Shown: positions 8,429-12,233 of the stretch, piece by piece
Position numbering within the stretch: position 1 is the stretch's first letter
Layout: the number at the start of each line of letters is the position of its first letter
The notes under the pieces: model-generated
Database searches by the model: none
What the model saw: only the letters and a program-made list of their open reading frames with translations
Told to the model about the DNA's origin: nothing
Translations under genes and position numbers: made by a program
DNA from: a virus
Reading direction: 5' to 3' (one strand)
Virus record (IMG/VR): IMGVR_UViG_3300045988_133601
Coordinates: 1-17,220 of that record
DNA: 17,220 nucleotides

Positions 8429-9113
8429 GGGTCAGTCCCTCTTTTGCAACGTAACCGGTATAGACGATTCCATTGACAACCGCTTTTACAAGATACCACT
8501 CATTTGTATAATACCCGTAGTTTCTAACACTGGTTCCGGTCGGCAACGTTAAAATGACCGTTTTATCCATTCCCGCGCCAACACGCAGATTGTAGCGATC
8601 ATTGGTATGATACGCTCCTGCAATTTTCCGGTCAAAACTACGCGCGGATTCTGTTTTGATTGAGTTTTCCATAATGTTCTGTGGTTTGTCGTTTTTTCCC
8701 GCATACCGATAATGGACGGTATTCTCATACGGCAGATCATAATAAGTCCGTACACAAATTTCTCTTCCGGTCTGATCGCCCGTCTGTCCATCAATGCCGC
8801 CGTTTTCGGACTGACTGGCGTGGACAATGCGGTTCGCGTCAACCGACATAGTAACATGATGACCAGCCGCAAGGTGGATATCCCCTCGCCGCCATGGTTT
8901 CTCAGCTTTCACAAAACCGGAACTTTCCAACTGTTCACCGAGATTTCTTGTGGTGCTATACTGACTGACCGGAAACCCAGCTTTTGCAAGTGCAGTTCCT
9001 ACCAGACTAGAACAATCATAATCAGGTCCATTCCGGTGTACCTGTGAGTAACCGTGGCGATCATCGGCGGCGATCTGTTCCTCCCATGCAACTGCGTTTT
9101 CGATTTTACTCAT
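8421..9113 (-). CDS. Endolysin: Amidase_5 (Pal-like, NlpC/P60 superfamily) catalytic domain plus SH3b-type wall-binding domain
   Basis: HGYSQVHRNGPDYDCSSLVGTALAKAGF ... PWRRGDIHLAAGHHVTMSVDANRIVHAS resembles the remembered Dp-1 Pal amidase (YSMDFRDGPDSYDCSSSMYYALRSAG ... RGDIFIWG..GHTGMF..NIIHC). The C-terminal YNLRVGAGMDKTVILTLPTGTSVRNYGYYTNEWYLVKA..GYV is SH3b-like. ATG 9113 behind AGGAGGTGG is preferred over GTG 9122 of the ORF track. Confidence 0.8.
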   Translation of the reverse strand: MSKIENAVAWEEQIAADDRHGYSQVHRNGPDYDCSSLVGTALAKAGFPVSQYSTTRNLGEQLESSGFVKAEKPWRRGDIHLAAGHHVTMSVDANRIVHASQSENGGIDGQTGDQTGREICVRTYYDLPYENTVHYRYAGKNDKPQNIMENSIKTESARSFDRKIAGAYHTNDRYNLRVGAGMDKTVILTLPTGTSVRNYGYYTNEWYLVKAVVNGIVYTGYVAKEGLTRG

Positions 9114-9303
9114 TCTTTCCACCTCCTAAGTGCTGGCAAAGCGAATTAATCGCGGTTGTATTCGCTTCTACACTTTTCCGTAATTCTTCCATTTCTTCCT
9201 TGTGTGCGTCTTTTTCTTTCACAAGATACCAAAAAAGCGCGCCGCAACAAACGATTGGAAAACCGAGACTGCCAATTAACTGTGTTACCATCGTTACATC
9301 CAT
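9106..9303 (-). CDS. Holin (BhlA/UviB-like: one N-terminal TM helix plus charged coiled C-terminus)
   Basis: 65 aa; SD GGAGGTGG. LIGSLGFPIVCCGALFWYLVKEKDAHKEEMEELRK fits the BhlA/UviB pattern (TM followed by YvlKE...E). It is immediately upstream of and overlaps the endolysin. Confidence 0.6.
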   Translation of the reverse strand: MDVTMVTQLIGSLGFPIVCCGALFWYLVKEKDAHKEEMEELRKSVEANTTAINSLCQHLGGGKNE

Positions 9304-9584
9304 TCTTCCACCTCCGTATCATTCCATTTCAACCAGTCCTCAATCTCACTAACTTTATCACACATAATAAAGTTATGAATGAATCGGATTGGCGATTTAC
9401 TGTTATAAGAGTTGCCATCCATGAAAAAATAATCCCATAAGTAACGGATATGAGATTCATAATTTTCATGTGGGACGAGAATCAACGTGTCTTTCTCATC
9501 CCCTCTATAACGTACCGTATAAGCAAGGTAGGCATTTTCTTTTTTCATCATTCCGACAATCATATTAAAAACGATATTCGCCAT
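9294..9584 (-). CDS. Hypothetical protein, first gene of the lysis cassette
   Basis: 96 aa from ATG 9584 behind AAAGGAGC. The longer 123-aa ORF-track version (9665) has no SD and would run through the promoter leader. No recognisable motif and no TM segment. Confidence 0.6.
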   Translation of the reverse strand: MANIVFNMIVGMMKKENAYLAYTVRYRGDEKDTLILVPHENYESHIRYLWDYFFMDGNSYNSKSPIRFIHNFIMCDKVSEIEDWLKWNDTEVEEWM

Positions 9585-9694
9585 CTCTGCTCCTTTCTTC
9601 CTGTCCATAAAACAAGGAAACCTTTTGACCTGCCAAGGACAGGGCGGTTTACTCAACCGTGGCAACCCCTTTTAAAAGGTTTCCCCGTATTTTT

Positions 9695-9723
9695 ATGATA
9701 CATCTTTTTTATCCGTATGTCAA
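9695..9723 (-). promoter_or_regulatory. Sigma-A-like promoter for the lysis/structural genes
   Basis: Minus strand: TTGACA (9723-9718), 17-nt spacer, TATCAT (9700-9695), in the only sizeable gap of the late block (9585-9747). Confidence 0.45.
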
Positions 9724-9747
9724 GTACATTTGTCCGTCTCCCACGAA

Positions 9748-10887
9748 CTATTTATAAAGATCAATCCCTAGTAACTCAACAGCCATATTCTTGCTGTCTA
9801 GATCGTCAAACCGCAAATATGCTTTGCGGTATGCGTCAACTAGATTTTCAAACAAATAATCATAGTGTTCCAACATAACCGTGTTTTGGGTATGATCACC
9901 GTCCCGAAAAACCGCGACAAAATTACAAGACGGGTTATAGTTGTGCGTGATATAGATATACCCCTCTTCGTAATACTCATATACCCCATAACTTTTTCCA
10001 CTATGCTCGATGGTGAACAGATACCGCGACCGTCCGGTCGGCTTTTGTACAAACACGGCATCATCAATCAACATCTGATCTCCAACACTCATGCTTTGCA
10101 TATAGTGACCGCCGCGGAATGCTTTCAAAGCAGTATTCTCCCACATGGCTTTACTGGCACTGTCATTGTGAGTAAACTCACACACAAAACCGCTCCCATG
10201 CAGCATTTTTGTTTCTTTCTGGTATCTCTTATGGATACCAAAAAATACAAAATAGGGATTGAGCAACGAAATATTATTGGATGCCATCACCAGTTTAAAC
10301 CATCGGGACTGACTTCCGTTTCCGCGGCTAATCGTCAATAGCAACGATTGCAGTTTTTCAGATTCCCCTTTTACGTATTGTCCGCTTTCCATGCTGAACT
10401 CGTCAAAAAACAAAAAGTAGATATCCCGAAAATACGGAGACGCTTTTTTTACAATGTCCATCTTACTTCCAAAACTAAACGCGCATCCGAATGGCACGCC
10501 GTCCAGAAAATACCGCACAACATTTCCGTTTTTGTCCAGATTTTTATAGGTAATCACACTTCCTAATTTAGGATACATTCTTAGCATATCTTCGTACATC
10601 GCCGCCGCTCCCGTCATTTCCCCTTTCGTCCGGAAAATCCATCCGGTCTGCAATCCGTACTCTTTGCACAAGATACAGCTTGCCGCGGCGAACGCACTTG
10701 TCTTTCCGGCGCTACGGTTGGAACACGTAATTGCCACTCCAGCGAATTCCCCGTCCACGTCCGGCTCGGTAAACAAGCGGATCGGGTTATAATACTGGAT
10801 CGGCTTGCCATCATCCGAGACCGCTTCAAATTTCACATCATAATCTTCAAAAAGTTTTTCCCAATTGATATCATTCCAAAAAATCAT
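9748..10887 (-). CDS. DNA encapsidation ATPase (phi29 gp16-like)
   Basis: 379 aa. Walker A is SNRSAGKTS and Walker B is IYFLFFDEF. NNISLLNPYFVFFGI and AYLRFDDLDSKNMAVELLG resemble remembered gp16 segments SNAVSVVNPYFLFFNL and GYLRFDNQVIRNIAYELF. Confidence 0.9.
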   Translation of the reverse strand: MIFWNDINWEKLFEDYDVKFEAVSDDGKPIQYYNPIRLFTEPDVDGEFAGVAITCSNRSAGKTSAFAAASCILCKEYGLQTGWIFRTKGEMTGAAAMYEDMLRMYPKLGSVITYKNLDKNGNVVRYFLDGVPFGCAFSFGSKMDIVKKASPYFRDIYFLFFDEFSMESGQYVKGESEKLQSLLLTISRGNGSQSRWFKLVMASNNISLLNPYFVFFGIHKRYQKETKMLHGSGFVCEFTHNDSASKAMWENTALKAFRGGHYMQSMSVGDQMLIDDAVFVQKPTGRSRYLFTIEHSGKSYGVYEYYEEGYIYITHNYNPSCNFVAVFRDGDHTQNTVMLEHYDYLFENLVDAYRKAYLRFDDLDSKNMAVELLGIDLYK

Positions 10888-10913
10888 TGTTCACGTGAAA
10901 CATTTTGTTTCAC
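10871..10913 (-). promoter_or_regulatory. ATPase translation-initiation region: SD-led 10-codon upstream ORF (10903-10871) overlapping the ATPase ATG, embedded in three consecutive hairpin arms
   Basis: The minus strand reads GGAGGAA-GTGAAACA-aaa-TGTTTCAC-GTGAACA-ATG. The only SD serves ATG 10903 (MFHVNNDFLE*, +1 frame relative to the ATPase); the ATPase ATG 10887 has no SD of its own. Confidence 0.4.
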
Positions 10914-10971
10914 TTCCTCCTTTCTATCGTTTCCACAACCCGCGCACCGCGTCCCGCATAATCTATGTTAA

Positions 10972-10990
10972 CCGCCAGTTCCCCGCCAGT
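10972..10990. repeat. Two CCGCCAGT boxes 11 bp apart (same 8-mer also at 333-340, 11193-11200 and mirrored at 16881-16888)
   Basis: aaCCGCCAGTtcc-cCGCCAGTct read directly. The first copy shares the 11-mer AACCGCCAGTT with ITR position 331-341. Confidence 0.7.
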
Positions 10991-11003
10991 CTCTCAGCAG
11001 ACA

Positions 11004-11033
11004 ATCTCACGTTTATCGCACGATGATCGCACG
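11004..11033. repeat. Three iteron-like direct repeats ATC(T/G)CACG with an exact 11-bp period
   Basis: ATCTCACG 11004-11011, ATCGCACG 11015-11022, ATCGCACG 11026-11033. Confidence 0.7.
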
Positions 11034-11078
11034 TTTTGACTGCGGATGGACGGCGGGTAAGGGCAGAGCTTCGCTGGG

Positions 11079-11112
11079 TATAAAAAGAGCTACGCTGGAA
11101 AACGTAGCTCTC
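11079..11112 (-). terminator. Rho-independent terminator downstream of the early/middle genes
   Basis: Minus strand: AGAGCTACG (11111-11103), 8-nt loop, CGTAGCTCT (11094-11086), then TTTTATA. Confidence 0.65.
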
Positions 11113-11132
11113 TTACACGTATGGAATGAAGT

Positions 11133-11161
11133 TTTATAACACAAGATATAGTAACAATCAA
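11133..11161 (-). promoter_or_regulatory. Sigma-A-like promoter with extended -10, only ~15 nt upstream of the terminator hairpin
   Basis: Minus strand: TTGATT (11161-11156), 17-nt spacer ending in TGt, TATAAA (11138-11133). Confidence 0.4.
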
Positions 11162-11227
11162 CTACAGGTAACATCAATACTCAAGTTACCGTCCGCCAGT
11201 CGGAGCGCGTACCCAGTTCATGGTTAC

Positions 11228-11650
11228 TTATTCCATAAATGGGTTAAACTTTTCGGTATCACCGAACTTATGAACGTTTACCGCGGAAAGGTATGCGGTG
11301 AATCCCTTGTCGCGACGGAACTTGCTTTCTCCGATAGAGATGAACAGGTCAACTACTGCGCCTTTTCCGAGTTCGTCAACGCTCGAAACGGTGTCGCTCT
11401 CTACGCTGTCCTCGTAAAAAGCTACTTTATAGCTGGTCTGCGCTTTTACGTAAAGTCCATCTTTGTCGGTTTCTTTTGCAGGAATCCATTTTGCTTCTGC
11501 GGCGGCATCTTCGCCAAACTCTTCGATGATTTTTTCAAAAATGTCTTTCTGCTGATCGGCAGAGATAGACGCGGAAAGAACACTTTTTCCGTCTTCCTCT
11601 TTTGCGTATTTAACAGTTACGTTGTTCAGTCTCATTTTCGCTTTGCTCAT
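11228..11650 (-). CDS. Probable single-stranded DNA-binding protein (T7 gp2.5 / DUF2815-like), otherwise hypothetical
   Basis: 140 aa from ATG 11650 behind AAAGGAGAA; ATG 11674 of the ORF track has no SD. MRLNNVTVKYAKEE.. and ELGKGAVVDLFISIGESKF..KGFTAYLSAVNVHKF follow the gp2.5-like pattern (G.G..V.....S......G.....L.AV). Aromatic/acidic C-terminus FNPFME. It follows a p6-like gene, as gene 5 follows gene 6 in phi29. Confidence 0.45.
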   Translation of the reverse strand: MSKAKMRLNNVTVKYAKEEDGKSVLSASISADQQKDIFEKIIEEFGEDAAAEAKWIPAKETDKDGLYVKAQTSYKVAFYEDSVESDTVSSVDELGKGAVVDLFISIGESKFRRDKGFTAYLSAVNVHKFGDTEKFNPFME

Positions 11651-11755
11651 GATTTCGTTCTCCTTTTGATTCATTTATTTGTTATGCAAAACCGCGGCGC
11701 GTTGCTTTGATCGGTTACGTCTTATCTGGACGATTCCAGACCGCGGGTTGTGCGC

Positions 11756-12025
11756 TTAGTCCATTCGTTTTGCTTCTGCAAAACACTGCTCATCCGGCAT
11801 TCTTTTTGCTTCTGCAAAAAACTGCTCATCCGGCATTTCGTAGCGGGCGGAAACGGTGTCGGTTAAGACACAAACAGAATTTTCTGCGTAGCCTGCGGAA
11901 GTGAGCGCGTTTACTTTTGCTTTCTGAGATTTTAATTCTACGGTGGACTCAAAAAAGCCGATCACCTGTTTTGTGTTTCTGTCAATGACAGAATAGATAA
12001 ATTTTTCGATTTTTGTTCTAACCAT
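11756..12025 (-). CDS. Small early protein, possible phi29 p6-like dsDNA-binding protein, with a duplicated C-terminal 12-aa unit
   Basis: 89 aa; SD AAAGGAGAA. SARYEMPDEQFFAEAKR resembles the remembered p6 segment TEVYELPVEKFLEVATV. MPDEQFFAEAKR is repeated as MPDEQCFAEAKR. Confidence 0.4.
   Translation of the reverse strand: MVRTKIEKFIYSVIDRNTKQVIGFFESTVELKSQKAKVNALTSAGYAENSVCVLTDTVSARYEMPDEQFFAEAKRMPDEQCFAEAKRMD
11761..11832. repeat. 36-bp tandem direct repeat, two copies, in frame inside the 89-aa gene
   Basis: 11761-11796 vs 11797-11832 differ at 2 of 36 positions, one synonymous (Arg CGA/AGA) and one Cys/Phe. Confidence 0.9.
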
Positions 12026-12070
12026 TTTTTTTCTCCTTTCGTTATGTGGTTATTTGTTCTTACAAGTATT

Positions 12071-12099
12071 ATAATAGCACTGCCTACCAAAAAAGTCAA
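12071..12099 (-). promoter_or_regulatory. Sigma-A-like promoter in front of the p6-like/SSB gene pair
   Basis: Minus strand: TTGACT (12099-12094), 17-nt spacer ending TGc, TATTAT (12076-12071). Confidence 0.5.
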
Positions 12100-12102
12100 T
12101 AG

Positions 12103-12225
12103 TTAAAATAAGAAAATAAAGAAAATATCCAAAAATAAAAGCAGGATGGAAAGGTCGAGTTCTTCTTCATGTAACGCCCAGATCGTTGATAATACTAAAA
12201 ACATAAAAAACACAAAATATCTCAT
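12103..12225 (-). CDS. 40-aa strongly hydrophobic mini-protein (two predicted TM segments), below the ORF-track cutoff
   Basis: Hand translation: MRYFVFFMFLVLSTIWALHEEELDLSILLLFLDIFFIFLF*. SD AGGAGA overlaps the polymerase stop codon and lies 5 nt before the ATG (translational coupling). Confidence 0.5.
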   Translation of the reverse strand: MRYFVFFMFLVLSTIWALHEEELDLSILLLFLDIFFIFLF

Positions 12226-12233
12226 ATCGTCTC

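Noticed and set aside
9585-9665. Longer N-terminal extensions offered by the ORF track (9665 for the 96-aa gene, 11674 for the SSB-like gene, 9122 for the endolysin, 5706 for the tail knob, 15725 TTG for an early gene)
   Set aside because: In each case an internal ATG or GTG sits 5-9 nt behind a strong SD while the upstream start has none. The longer forms remain possible but are less likely.
11167-11190. GGTAAC-n12-GTTACC hairpin just downstream of the SSB-like gene
   Set aside because: It has only a 6-bp stem with a large loop and no U-tract. The strong terminator at 11079-11112 accounts for 3'-end formation.
11126-11710. 194-aa plus-strand ORF, and other long plus-strand ORFs (for example 6997-7497, 9865-10341, 15743-16303, 2924-3331)
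   Set aside because: All are shadows antisense to minus-strand genes that have SD sites and recognisable motifs. They lack SDs and have odd F/C/R-rich composition.
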